Of a stretch of DNA of 64,000 nt, positions 49,764-59,341 are shown piece after piece. Numbering within the stretch: the stretch's first letter is position 1; every line of letters starts with the position of its first letter. Below the pieces are notes generated by a model. It was not told where the DNA came from, made no database searches, and saw only the letters and a list, made by a program, of their open reading frames with translations. The stretch is from positions 25,648 to 89,647 of the forward strand of contig CALFER010000090.1 of NCBI GenBank assembly GCA_937951895.1, in the 5' to 3' direction. This DNA is from an uncultured bacterium (lineage in GTDB: Bacteria > CSSED10-310 > CALFER01). A program made the translations under genes and the position numbers.

Positions 49764-50369
49764 CTACCAGCCGAATTTCTTGTAGTTGTCAATTCGTTCG
49801 ATCGCTTCCTCCGCAAAGAAGCGTACCAGTTCATCGGCATCTTCTTTGGCTTTCTGCAATAGAGGAACCGCCTGATCATCTCCCAGCAATCCCAAGGAAT
49901 ATGCAGCGGTCTGCCGAACGCGAGGGTCGGAATCGCTGAGAAGTCCGCTGATATCCGGAAATGCTTCGTTTGCCTGCATGAATCCGAGCGCTCGCATGGC
50001 GTGTTCTTTCTTCGAAGTACTCCCTTTCAACATGTCACGCAACGGTTGGATCGCACGTTTATCACCGATCCAGCCGAGAATGAACGCTGTGTATTCCGGA
50101 ACGCCGTCCTGATCGGTCTTGAGATTTTCAATCAGAAAAGGAGCGACGACGCCTGGTTTTTCCTGTTCGATCAATCGGAATTTAAAATACATTTTGTTAC
50201 GCATCGGTGTGTTGTTATCAGCGATGGAGCGGTTGAGAGTGTCGATTGCAGAACGGATGTCGTCTTCAGTAGAGATCGGTGGGTCCTCTGCGCGGAGCGT
50301 CTGCAACGGTCCTGCCGAGGCTATGACCAGGATGGCTGAGTATATGAAAATGCGATGAATGGAATGCAT
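49764..50369 (-). CDS. Secreted HEAT-repeat protein
   Basis: Signal peptide. PBS-lyase/HEAT-like repeats (DPRVRQTAAYSLGLLGD). Confidence 0.55.
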   Translation of the reverse strand: MHSIHRIFIYSAILVIASAGPLQTLRAEDPPISTEDDIRSAIDTLNRSIADNNTPMRNKMYFKFRLIEQEKPGVVAPFLIENLKTDQDGVPEYTAFILGWIGDKRAIQPLRDMLKGSTSKKEHAMRALGFMQANEAFPDISGLLSDSDPRVRQTAAYSLGLLGDDQAVPLLQKAKEDADELVRFFAEEAIERIDNYKKFGW

Positions 50370-50391
50370 GTGATGCTCCTTCCCTGTTCGC

Positions 50392-51291
50392 CTACTTCTT
50401 CTTCAACCGGATCACACCGGATTTGAAGAAATTGTACATGATGCCGTATGCGCGCAAGGGTTTGACTCCACTGATGGCAACAATCCCCTTGATATCCGTT
50501 TTCCCGTCTATCCGGCTGAAAATGAAGCCTTCCTGGGTATTGAAATCCAGTCCGATGAAATCCTCCGGACGATCGGACGTACGAACCGGGACTGCATCTT
50601 TACTGCCGAGCACATCGAGATACTTCTTCATCAGCTGGGTACGGGCAATTTCCATGAACTTCCTGACTTCCACATCTTTCGGATACTCGACGTTCAGATC
50701 TTCCCAGATCTGCAACGCCTCTTCGTACATGCGCTCCTTGAAGTAGTCGTTAGCCAGTTTCTTTTTCGTGGCAAGCGGATCCGCAGGTGAAGCCGATGGG
50801 GGGGGGGTATGTACCGGAGGCGGCGGTGGAGACGGCTTGATCGTTTCAATCACCTGAGTGGAATCAGATGAAGCCGGCCGGGAAGGCAACCCGGTCGGCT
50901 TCATTGTTGTTCTTCTGAGTAACGCCTGAAGACGGGCAACGAGTTCATCGAGATGAAACGGTTTGACCAGGTAATCATCCGCACCCGAGTTCAATCCGAG
51001 AACACGATCCTTGACGGAATGTTTCGAGGACAGGATGAGAATAGGTCTGTCGGCGACGGAAGGGGTCTTTCGAATCACACGACACAGTTCCAGACCATCG
51101 ATACCCGGCAGCATGATATCGACGACGAACAGGTCGGGAACAACGCGGAGCAGGGTTTTCTGAGCATCCTCGGCCGAACTTGTCGGGACGACTGCAAACC
51201 CCTCCGCATTCAGAACATCGTCGAGCAACTTTTGGATGAACTCGTCATCATCGACGACCATCACCGTTGTCTTCTGCAGGCGTGAAGTCAC
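50392..51291 (-). CDS. Response regulator (receiver domain) with a Pro-rich linker and an uncharacterised C-terminal domain (not a classical DNA-binding output)
   Basis: VMVVDDDEFIQ...VVDIMLPGIDGLEL is a CheY-like receiver. The C-terminal roughly 120 aa has no HTH. Confidence 0.75.
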   Translation of the reverse strand: MTSRLQKTTVMVVDDDEFIQKLLDDVLNAEGFAVVPTSSAEDAQKTLLRVVPDLFVVDIMLPGIDGLELCRVIRKTPSVADRPILILSSKHSVKDRVLGLNSGADDYLVKPFHLDELVARLQALLRRTTMKPTGLPSRPASSDSTQVIETIKPSPPPPPVHTPPPSASPADPLATKKKLANDYFKERMYEEALQIWEDLNVEYPKDVEVRKFMEIARTQLMKKYLDVLGSKDAVPVRTSDRPEDFIGLDFNTQEGFIFSRIDGKTDIKGIVAISGVKPLRAYGIMYNFFKSGVIRLKKK

Positions 51292-54047
51292 TATTTCTTT
51301 TCCTCCAGTACAGCCTGTGCGGCCGCCAACCGGGCGATCGGCACGCGGAAAGGCGAACAGCTCACATAATCCATTCCGACCTTATGGCAGAATTTCACGC
51401 TGCGCGTTTCGCCTCCATGTTCCCCGCAGATCCCGATCTTGAGTGAGGGGCGGGTTTTTCGTCCCTTCTCGACGGCCATCCGGATGAGCAATCCGACACC
51501 ATCCTGATCAAGAACCTGGAAGGGGTCGTAATCGTATACGCCCAATTTTACATACTCCGGGAGAAACTTTCCAGCGTCGTCGCGACTAAAGCCGCAACTC
51601 ATCTGTGTCAAATCGTTGGTTCCGAAGCTGAAAAACTCGGCAACTTCCGCGATTTCATTGGCCGTAACGGCTGCACGCGGCACCTCGATCATCGTCCCGA
51701 TCAGAACCTCGAACGGTAATCGTTCCAGGCCCCGTTCCTCGCAAACCTGCTTGATGACACCCAGTGCCACCTCCCGTTGGAGGATCAGTTCTTTCCGATG
51801 ACCGACCAGAGGAATCATGATCTCAGGATGCACCTTGATGCTCTCGTTGTGAACATCCAATGCCGCTTCAATGATCGCTCGCACCTGCATCGCGGTTACC
51901 TCGGGGTAACTGATTCCCAGTCGACAGCCGCGATGACCCAGCATGGGGTTGAATTCATGCAGCGAATTGACGATTTTGCGGATTTCCTCGACCGACACAT
52001 GCATTGCATCAGCCATTTCCTGCTGACCTTCGTCATCGTGCGGCACAAATTCATGAAGCGGAGGATCCAGAGTGCGAATGGTTGCGGGACGACCTTCGAG
52101 AGCCTTGAATATACCGTAAAAATCCGAACGCTGCAGCGGGAGAAGTTCGGCAAGTGCCTGATTGAACTGCTGTTCGGGAGCCGACAGAGAAACACGAATC
52201 ATCTCGATTTTCTCCGGATCGGTTTCGTTGGCCAACTCATTTCTCAGTTGTTTGACTCGTTCTGCCACTAGAATCAGGCGACGGAACGACGTGATCCGCT
52301 CGCCTTCAAAAAACATATGCTCGGTCCGGCACAACCCGATCCCTTCAGCGCCGAATTGGACCGCGACCTGGGTGTCACGGGGTGTGTCCGCATTCGTACG
52401 AACCTTCAGACGGCGAATTTCATCCGCCCATCCCATCAAGATCTGGAAAGGTCCGCTGAGTTCCGGCGGCTTCGTTTTGATACGACCCTGATAGACGATT
52501 CCGAGTGAGCCATTCAGGCTGATCCAATCCCCTTCCTTCAGCACACGTCCGGAAACAGTCAACGTTTTCTTCTCGTAGTTGACCTGAATCTCACCTGCCC
52601 CGGCAACACAGCATTTTCCCATCCCGCGAGCCACGACCGCCGCATGGGATGTCATGCCGCCACGGGCCGTCAGGATACCCATCGCGACCGCCATACCGCC
52701 GATGTCCTCGGGAGATGTTTCAACCCGAACCAGAATGACGGGTTCACGGTCTTTCTCAGGTACTCCCCTTTCAATCTGGGCTTTCACCTGGGATTCAGCA
52801 GATTCGGCACTGAAAACGATGCGTCCGTACGCCGCACCCGGACTTGCGGGAAGACCTCGGGTCAAGATCTGAGCCGCAGTCTCTTCCTTCTCCTCGAATA
52901 CCGGATGCAGGATCTGGTCGAGCGAGGCCGGTTTGATGCGCATCACGGCTTGTTCCTTCGTGATCAACCCCTCTTCCACCATGTCAACGGCGATTTTTAC
53001 GGATGCGAATGTCGTCCGCTTCCCATCGCGGGTCTGAAGAATGTAGAGTTTCCCCTGCTGGATGGTGAATTCGAGATCCTGCATGTCCCGATAGTGCTTC
53101 TCCAGTGTTTGCCGAACCGACAGAAGTTCGTTATAAATTCGAGGATTCTCTTGATTCAGTGCGTCGATCGAAAGTGGTGTGCGAATGCCGGCAACAACAT
53201 CCTCACCCTGCGCATTCATCAGATACTCACCATAAAATGAGTTCTCACCGGTCGACGGATTGCGCGTGAAGGCGACGCCTGTTCCGCTGTCATCCCCCAG
53301 GTTCCCGAATACCATGGCCTGGACGTTGACGGCCGTGCCAATGAGACCTCGGATATCGTTCAACTCGCGATACTTATTCGCACGCGGATTGTTCCAGGAA
53401 CGAAAAACCGCTTCGATCGCTTTCAGAAGCTGATCGTGCGGATCCGTCGGGAACTTTTCATTCGTGTATCGCTCATAGGTCGCTTCGTAACGGCCGATAA
53501 GAGTTTCGAGATCCGATTCGTTCAGTTCTGTATCCAATTTCACACCGCGGTCTTTTTTCAGATGATCGATCGCATCTTCAAACTCGTGATGCGGGACATT
53601 CATGACCACATCGCCAAACATCTGCATGAACCGGCGGAATACATCCAGCGCGAACCGACGATTGCCCGATTTCTTCGCCATGCTCTCGACAACCGTCCGA
53701 TTCACTCCGAGATTCAGAACCGTATCCATCATTCCCGGCATCGAACTGGCCGCGCCGGATCGAACGGAAACCAGAAGCGGTTGCTCCGGGTCACCAAATC
53801 GGGCATTCATGACCGATTCGAGTTTTCGGATGTTTTCGTTCAATTCCGCATACAAGGCATCCGGTGTTCGCTGACCATTGTCATAATAGCTCTTGCATAC
53901 TTCTGTGGTAATGGTGAATCCCGGCGGCACCGGTATCCCAATATTGGTCATCTCCGCCAGATTCGCGCCTTTCCCGCCCAGCAACTCTTTCATTGTTTTG
54001 TTGCCTTCGGCCTTCCCATTTCCGAAAAAATAAATCAGCTTCGTCAT
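51291..54047 (-). CDS. ppdK: Pyruvate, phosphate dikinase
   Basis: MTKLIYFFGNGKAEGNKTMKELLGGKGANLAEM. Phosphohistidine domain GGMTSHAAVVARG. PEP-utilising C-terminal domain. Confidence 0.92.
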   Translation of the reverse strand: MTKLIYFFGNGKAEGNKTMKELLGGKGANLAEMTNIGIPVPPGFTITTEVCKSYYDNGQRTPDALYAELNENIRKLESVMNARFGDPEQPLLVSVRSGAASSMPGMMDTVLNLGVNRTVVESMAKKSGNRRFALDVFRRFMQMFGDVVMNVPHHEFEDAIDHLKKDRGVKLDTELNESDLETLIGRYEATYERYTNEKFPTDPHDQLLKAIEAVFRSWNNPRANKYRELNDIRGLIGTAVNVQAMVFGNLGDDSGTGVAFTRNPSTGENSFYGEYLMNAQGEDVVAGIRTPLSIDALNQENPRIYNELLSVRQTLEKHYRDMQDLEFTIQQGKLYILQTRDGKRTTFASVKIAVDMVEEGLITKEQAVMRIKPASLDQILHPVFEEKEETAAQILTRGLPASPGAAYGRIVFSAESAESQVKAQIERGVPEKDREPVILVRVETSPEDIGGMAVAMGILTARGGMTSHAAVVARGMGKCCVAGAGEIQVNYEKKTLTVSGRVLKEGDWISLNGSLGIVYQGRIKTKPPELSGPFQILMGWADEIRRLKVRTNADTPRDTQVAVQFGAEGIGLCRTEHMFFEGERITSFRRLILVAERVKQLRNELANETDPEKIEMIRVSLSAPEQQFNQALAELLPLQRSDFYGIFKALEGRPATIRTLDPPLHEFVPHDDEGQQEMADAMHVSVEEIRKIVNSLHEFNPMLGHRGCRLGISYPEVTAMQVRAIIEAALDVHNESIKVHPEIMIPLVGHRKELILQREVALGVIKQVCEERGLERLPFEVLIGTMIEVPRAAVTANEIAEVAEFFSFGTNDLTQMSCGFSRDDAGKFLPEYVKLGVYDYDPFQVLDQDGVGLLIRMAVEKGRKTRPSLKIGICGEHGGETRSVKFCHKVGMDYVSCSPFRVPIARLAAAQAVLEEKK

Positions 54048-54069
54048 CTGTATCTCCTTAAAAAAAGCT

Positions 54070-54100
54070 GAATGCCTACAAGTATCTCAGTAGGCATCTC
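54070..54100 (-). terminator. Putative intrinsic terminator/attenuator hairpin (ATGCCTAC-N10-GTAGGCAT) followed on the minus strand by a U7 tract
   Basis: Perfect 8-bp inverted repeat at 54072-54079 / 54090-54097. On the minus strand it is followed by cagc + TTTTTTT, then directly AAGGAG-N6-ATG of ppdK. Confidence 0.4.
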
Positions 54101-54180
54101 GCGCTGCTTGTGACGTTCTGCGTACACAACTCCCGTGCAGCACAGCGGAAGTCCAGCTATGAAATATCAGTCAGCTCAGG

Positions 54181-54843
54181 TTATGACAAGTGAAATTTAC
54201 TCCCCTTGCCTTCAATCACCTTTTTATCCGCAATCAGTTCCTTGAGGATAATTTCGAGACCCGCGGGGTTGCGGCCGAGAACCGCGGCAAGTTCTGCAAC
54301 GGTCAATCCTTCCGGTCGTCCCCTGAATGCTGTCAGGGTCTTGAATTTCAAGATTTCCTTCTCCCTGACCGACATCTCGGGCATGTCCACCGGCGGTTTC
54401 TCCGGAATCGGCGTATCCAGCACTTTTGCATCAACAACCCGTCTCCTGGTTGCGGGCCGCTCCACCACCGGAATCGTCTCGGAGACCGGCCCTTTCAGGC
54501 TATATATTTTATCGTTTTTGAGTATTTTATCCTGAGCAATGAGTCTTCGGATCGGAATACGGAGAAAGTGCCACTGCACCGCAAGCGAACCGGCAAGTTC
54601 CTTCAACGTACAACCCTTCGGAAAGTTCGCCAGAGCTGCCATTACTTTTTCTTCAAGCTCCGCAAACTCCTTCTGTCCGACTTTCTTGGGCTGACTGCTT
54701 TTCTGCGTCCGTTCAGCGCTTGTTTTCCGATGCTCCACGACCGGCTTCGTGAGGGAATCAGATCGGCCGACCTGAACCATGTTCGAGTAGAATTCTTCGA
54801 ATGTCTTGACAAGACCCTTAATAAACAACTCCAATTCCTGCAT
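54181..54843 (-). CDS. Hypothetical protein with two winged-helix-like repeats (possible DNA-binding)
   Basis: Two similar segments (..CTLKELAGSLAV.. and ..LTVAELAAVLGRN..) and a basic N-terminus. Weak. Confidence 0.4.
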   Translation of the reverse strand: MQELELFIKGLVKTFEEFYSNMVQVGRSDSLTKPVVEHRKTSAERTQKSSQPKKVGQKEFAELEEKVMAALANFPKGCTLKELAGSLAVQWHFLRIPIRRLIAQDKILKNDKIYSLKGPVSETIPVVERPATRRRVVDAKVLDTPIPEKPPVDMPEMSVREKEILKFKTLTAFRGRPEGLTVAELAAVLGRNPAGLEIILKELIADKKVIEGKGSKFHLS

Positions 54844-55145
54844 AGTTTAATCCTCCATGCGTTTTCGATCGCGAGTATCCCGCAACCCGATTGTATTCCG
54901 TAAATCTGATTCTATTGTATTCCTATTTCAGGAAGAATGGAAGGATGAAATCATGCCTCCCGAACCAATCAACCTTATGTATAGAGTCTGGTTTCTGGAA
55001 TTGCAAGCCCCGTCTTCATGTTTTTTCAACGATTTTGAAGAATCGGTAAAGACCTGAATCTGCAGGTATCTGCCTGGTCATCCAGTATGACAGCCGCATT
55101 TGCGCTTGCCGTTCGTCTGACACTTCCCCCTGCCGGCTGCACACC

Positions 55146-55175
55146 AAAAAAAAAGAGCGACCTCATCGGTCGCTC
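55146..55175 (-). terminator. Rho-independent terminator downstream of the FN3-repeat gene
   Basis: GAGCGACC-tcatc-GGTCGCTC hairpin at 55155-55175. On the minus strand it is followed by T9 (plus-strand A-run 55146-55154). It lies 22 nt after the stop. Confidence 0.55.
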
Positions 55176-55196
55176 CCTGAGTCACCATCGAGATGC

Positions 55197-56813
55197 CTAT
55201 CTGCAAGGCCCATAACCGAACGTATACAAAGCGTAATCTCCTATGATCTCGGTGATCTGCAGATTCGTAATAGCTCCCCATACCCTGATTCCCGAGTAAC
55301 TGCCTTCCACCTCAGGCCAGACAAAAGCAGGAATGATCACCTTCGTCGTCCAACCTGTCGCGAAGCTTGCGAGGATATAATCCATGTCCTGGCTCCAGGA
55401 GTCCGCAAACCAGTAGCTGCCTTCGATATCGAGAATGACAAACAGAGGGAACGCCTCAGCCTGGTTCGGATTGCATACCTGTGCATTCAGATAACAAGTC
55501 TCGCCCGGGCAGAAATATTCATCTCCCATATCGAGCACAACCCCGTAGGCGGTGCATGGGTTCGATGAGGGAGTCGGTGTCGGATCCGTCGCCGAGCCGG
55601 TTGTAAACATCCAGACATCTCCGATCGTCGATGCCTGATGGGAATCGCGCGATACGATCTTCCAATAATAAACGGTGTATTCCGACAACGAACCCGGATC
55701 ATACACTGCGGACGAAACGCCCTGGGCAATCAGAGGAGGATTGGACGAGTTGCCGAAAAATACATCGTACACCACTGAGTCTCCGGTATCAGGGTCACCT
55801 CCAACCCACGACAGATCAGTCTGGATATAAACCCCTGTCGCACCATTTGCGGGGTTCGGGTTACTGGCCTGATACGGAGGATTGTTATCGCCACCGGACA
55901 TCGTGGTAAAGTGCCATATCGGACCCGTTGTCTCCGATCCCCATGCATCCCGCGCCACGATCTTCCAGTAATAAACCGTCGAACCGTTCATCGTACCGGG
56001 ATCATACGGAATGGTGGAGATGTCCTGAGCGACTCTCTGCGGGTTCGCGGAAGTTCCGAAATAAACGTCGTACGTCAACACATCACCCGGATCCGGATCA
56101 TTGCACTGCCAGGACAGATCGGCATTGGTATCGATGTTGGTCGCCGCATCCGACGGGATGGGGTTGACAGGAGCATACGGAGCGGCATTCGACCGGGTCT
56201 GGAAACTCCAGACCGGGCCCGAAGTGGTCGCCTCCCAGTTGTCTCTTGCGAGGATTTTCCAATAATACTGAGTATTGGGGGCCAGATTCGTTGTACTGTA
56301 TGATGTTGAACTCTGATGATCATTCACAAGAGCCGGTGGATTGGTTGAACCGAAGTAGACATCATAATTCAACGTGTCCTCTGCATTCGGATCACCGCCT
56401 TGCCATCCGAGCGTCAGATCCTTCGGTTGATTCGTCGCACCATTGGCCGGATTGGGGTTCGAGGGTTCATACGGCGGGAGATTGTCACCATATCCCCCCA
56501 GATCAGCCGATGTATAGAATGAATATAATGGCACATCCTGATGTTCGGTTGCATACTGCCAGCGCAATTCCGGCTCCTTATGCTGCTCCCGGAGCATCTG
56601 CATGATCTCGCCTTTGTGCTCCACGGATTGAAGCACCTCAGAAATCGAATTCAAACCCTGCAATTCATAGATGATAGCCACACGCTGGAGAACCTCGGTC
56701 ACGGCATCGGGATCTATCGTCATCGATTCATTCTGAATGTAGCCTTCGATCGACCCCAGTGCGATACCCATACTCCACATAACCATACAACCAATTACAA
56801 ATGATCGCGCCAT
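55197..56813 (-). CDS. Secreted protein with three tandem fibronectin-type-III-like repeats and a C-terminal domain
   Basis: Signal peptide MARSFVIGCMVMWSMGIALG. Three roughly 100-aa repeats each contain NPxPxxGAT...L.W.GGDPD.GD...YDVYFG...P.......YYWKI..RD...T.GP.W.F.T. ATG 56813 has a G-rich RBS. Confidence 0.65.
   Translation of the reverse strand: MARSFVIGCMVMWSMGIALGSIEGYIQNESMTIDPDAVTEVLQRVAIIYELQGLNSISEVLQSVEHKGEIMQMLREQHKEPELRWQYATEHQDVPLYSFYTSADLGGYGDNLPPYEPSNPNPANGATNQPKDLTLGWQGGDPNAEDTLNYDVYFGSTNPPALVNDHQSSTSYSTTNLAPNTQYYWKILARDNWEATTSGPVWSFQTRSNAAPYAPVNPIPSDAATNIDTNADLSWQCNDPDPGDVLTYDVYFGTSANPQRVAQDISTIPYDPGTMNGSTVYYWKIVARDAWGSETTGPIWHFTTMSGGDNNPPYQASNPNPANGATGVYIQTDLSWVGGDPDTGDSVVYDVFFGNSSNPPLIAQGVSSAVYDPGSLSEYTVYYWKIVSRDSHQASTIGDVWMFTTGSATDPTPTPSSNPCTAYGVVLDMGDEYFCPGETCYLNAQVCNPNQAEAFPLFVILDIEGSYWFADSWSQDMDYILASFATGWTTKVIIPAFVWPEVEGSYSGIRVWGAITNLQITEIIGDYALYTFGYGPCR
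55580..56480 (-). repeat. Three tandem roughly 300-nt coding repeats (FN3-like modules) inside 55197-56813. Coordinates are approximate.
   Basis: The protein-level triplication is clear from the translation. DNA-level boundaries are estimated from residue positions of about 113-412. Confidence 0.45.
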
Positions 56814-56862
56814 GGTATCCCCCCCGATTTCCTTCAGAAAACTGATCCGAACATCCTTATAA

Positions 56863-56893
56863 TCATATATCATCCGATCCGCTCTCGAGTCAA
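56863..56893 (-). promoter_or_regulatory. Putative sigma70-like promoter for the FN3-repeat gene (TTGACT-17-TATATGAT on the minus strand)
   Basis: AT-rich 116-nt gap. The -35 is plus-strand agtcaa at 56888-56893. The -10 is plus-strand atcatata at 56863-56870. Confidence 0.3.
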
Positions 56894-56929
56894 GCCGTCA
56901 GAACACCATCCCCATCGTCATTCAATCGA

Positions 56930-59341
56930 TCAATCCGGAGGAATCACCAACCCCGGTATACCCTCCAGATCCGTTCTCTGCAATCCCAGAGATCGCACAT
57001 TTCGGATCACCGCCGGTTGTTTGGGATTGATCATGAGCGACCGCTTCCACAGAGACATCGCAGTATCCCGATCACCGCACTGAATACTCAACAGAGCCCT
57101 GTTGTTCAGAATGACCGGGTTATCCGGCGACCGACGCTCCAAACGCTCAAAAGCTTCAATCGCCTCAGGATAATGACCTTGTTCGGCGAGCACCACCGCA
57201 CGGTTTATCTCCGTTACAATCGAGTCGGACAGTATCGCGGCCCGATTCAATGCTTCAAGGGCATGAATCTCTTGTCCGGATGCGGAATAGGCCGACCCGA
57301 GAGCTGACCAGATTGCAGCATGATCCGGCATCTCCTCCGATAAAATTACCAGGATTTCGATTGCTTCCTCCGGTTGCTGATTGTGGATGTAAGCGGTGGC
57401 CAGATTGTATCGAACCTCCCATGAATTCCGATGATATCTCAATGCAGCCGACAACTCTTCGATCGCCTGATCGAATTCACCCTCTCTCAGATAGACGAGA
57501 CCGAGCGTCTGATGCGCACGACCCAGAGCAATCTGCTGATCCTTGGCTTTCAGATAATGTGGAAGCGCTCTCTCATACTCCCCGCGCCTCATGAAGATGT
57601 TCCCCAGGTTGTGATGCGCCTGATAAAATTCCGAATCTAAAGCAAGCGATTTTTCAGCATACCGTTGCGCACGTTCCAGGTCGCCGCGTTTGAAGCAGAT
57701 CGCCGACAGGTTATTCAATACCAGATTGTTGTCGAATGCCATCGCCTCTGCTCTTTTCAGCATGTCATCCCCACTGACCGGGTCTCCCCGGTCCATACTC
57801 CATTCCGCCCGATGGTAATAGTATTCAGCGATCAAGGCACGGGAATGAAAGTCGAGCGCACCTGACGGATGGAGCAGTCTGTGCGTCCGGATGAAGTTCC
57901 AGCGATCCCGTGCCGGTTCGGCCGGAGGTTGACTGAAAAACCTGTAAACATAACCTTCCGGCACGAATATCGCCCTCTCCATGTTCGGCAATTCTACCGG
58001 GACGGTCGTCATGACCGGCACCGACCACTGCTGATGCATCGCATCGAAAAACACCCTTCCCTTGTAATCCACCACGATGCGCACATCCGGTCTGAATTGC
58101 ATGACATTCTCAAAATACGTGAATATAAAAGGAGAACTCCATCCCTGCGTCACAAGAATCGAATCCGGATCCAATGACTGCAGCACGCTGATACCGTAAT
58201 CATAGGCGACGGTATTCGTGGATCGATCGTTCGGATGATACTGACGGATCAGCATGAAAAAAGCCAGTCCAAGCCATATCACCCCGATCGATACAGCTCC
58301 GAATCTCCTGCTTTTCAACAGCGCTCGAAACACCATCCCGAACCCTATTGAGATCCAGATTATCACGAACAGATACACTTGCAGATAATAAACTTCGATA
58401 TCGATTATTCGATAGTTTAAGATAAACACAAGCACCGAGATGACCGATATTGTCATCCCCCAGAACAATCGACGATCATTTTTACAACTGATCACTGCTC
58501 CTGGAACCGCCAGGATCAAAAGCGGAAAGGGCCAGTTTGCGATCAGTTTTCGCAACAGCCCCAAAAAGTTGCCCCACACATCCTCCAACCCGATTCCAAA
58601 CATCACTGAACGGAATTGGCTTCCTGATACATGAAACAGAAATCCCTTCCATTCATGCATCGGGATCCAGCGGAAGGCACAGTACTCCACAGACCGGATC
58701 GGAAAGTACAGCTCGATTGCTGCTGACAGGAGACTAAACAGCACGATCGATCCGAATCTGAGCCTGGCCGGAAGTGGATTTCCACGCGATACAAGCATGA
58801 TCAGCACACCCGGGAGTGCAAAAACGGCCAGCAAGTGATGCGTTGTCGCCAGCCCGACCAGAAAACCCAGTGACATGTAATCTCGGATCCGAACGCTTCG
58901 AACACAGCGATGGGCAGCACCTAAAAGTAAAACGAGCAACAGAAAATGAAGACTGTAAACTTCCTGAATCACACCTTGTGACCACAGTGTCGGTGAAAGC
59001 CCGGCGATGACAGGGATCAAAAATGCTTCCTTCCAGCCGATCCCATACCGGATCCACATCATCATAATCGTGACTGCCAGGGCGCCGGCAACCGCAGAAA
59101 ACAACGCGACCCGATGCGCGATGTTGCTCAGCGGAATCAGCACCGAAAATGCATGTATGAGCGTATTGTAACCCGCATATCCCGTGGGATGCGGAATTCC
59201 GAGAACGCTTCCGGACGTCGTCAGTTCACCGCTGTCGGCCGTAAACACCTCGGTGGAGGATGTCCGGAGATACACGGAGAACAGACATAAAAAAACGAGC
59301 GACCACATCCATGCCGCGTGACCAAACACTCTCATGGGCAT
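56930..59341 (-). CDS. DUF2723-like polytopic membrane glycosyltransferase (GT-C fold) with C-terminal TPR repeats
   Basis: The N-terminal TADSGELTTSGSVLGIPHPTGYAGY loop is typical of DUF2723/PMT_2 proteins. About 11 TM segments. At least 6 TPR repeats at the C-terminus. Confidence 0.55.
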   Translation of the reverse strand: MPMRVFGHAAWMWSLVFLCLFSVYLRTSSTEVFTADSGELTTSGSVLGIPHPTGYAGYNTLIHAFSVLIPLSNIAHRVALFSAVAGALAVTIMMMWIRYGIGWKEAFLIPVIAGLSPTLWSQGVIQEVYSLHFLLLVLLLGAAHRCVRSVRIRDYMSLGFLVGLATTHHLLAVFALPGVLIMLVSRGNPLPARLRFGSIVLFSLLSAAIELYFPIRSVEYCAFRWIPMHEWKGFLFHVSGSQFRSVMFGIGLEDVWGNFLGLLRKLIANWPFPLLILAVPGAVISCKNDRRLFWGMTISVISVLVFILNYRIIDIEVYYLQVYLFVIIWISIGFGMVFRALLKSRRFGAVSIGVIWLGLAFFMLIRQYHPNDRSTNTVAYDYGISVLQSLDPDSILVTQGWSSPFIFTYFENVMQFRPDVRIVVDYKGRVFFDAMHQQWSVPVMTTVPVELPNMERAIFVPEGYVYRFFSQPPAEPARDRWNFIRTHRLLHPSGALDFHSRALIAEYYYHRAEWSMDRGDPVSGDDMLKRAEAMAFDNNLVLNNLSAICFKRGDLERAQRYAEKSLALDSEFYQAHHNLGNIFMRRGEYERALPHYLKAKDQQIALGRAHQTLGLVYLREGEFDQAIEELSAALRYHRNSWEVRYNLATAYIHNQQPEEAIEILVILSEEMPDHAAIWSALGSAYSASGQEIHALEALNRAAILSDSIVTEINRAVVLAEQGHYPEAIEAFERLERRSPDNPVILNNRALLSIQCGDRDTAMSLWKRSLMINPKQPAVIRNVRSLGLQRTDLEGIPGLVIPPD

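Noticed and set aside
54857-55057. 66-aa ORF in the long AT-rich intergenic region
   Set aside because: No RBS, no motif, and it lies in a region better explained as promoter/regulatory DNA with direct repeats. It is kept only as a possibility in the corresponding finding.
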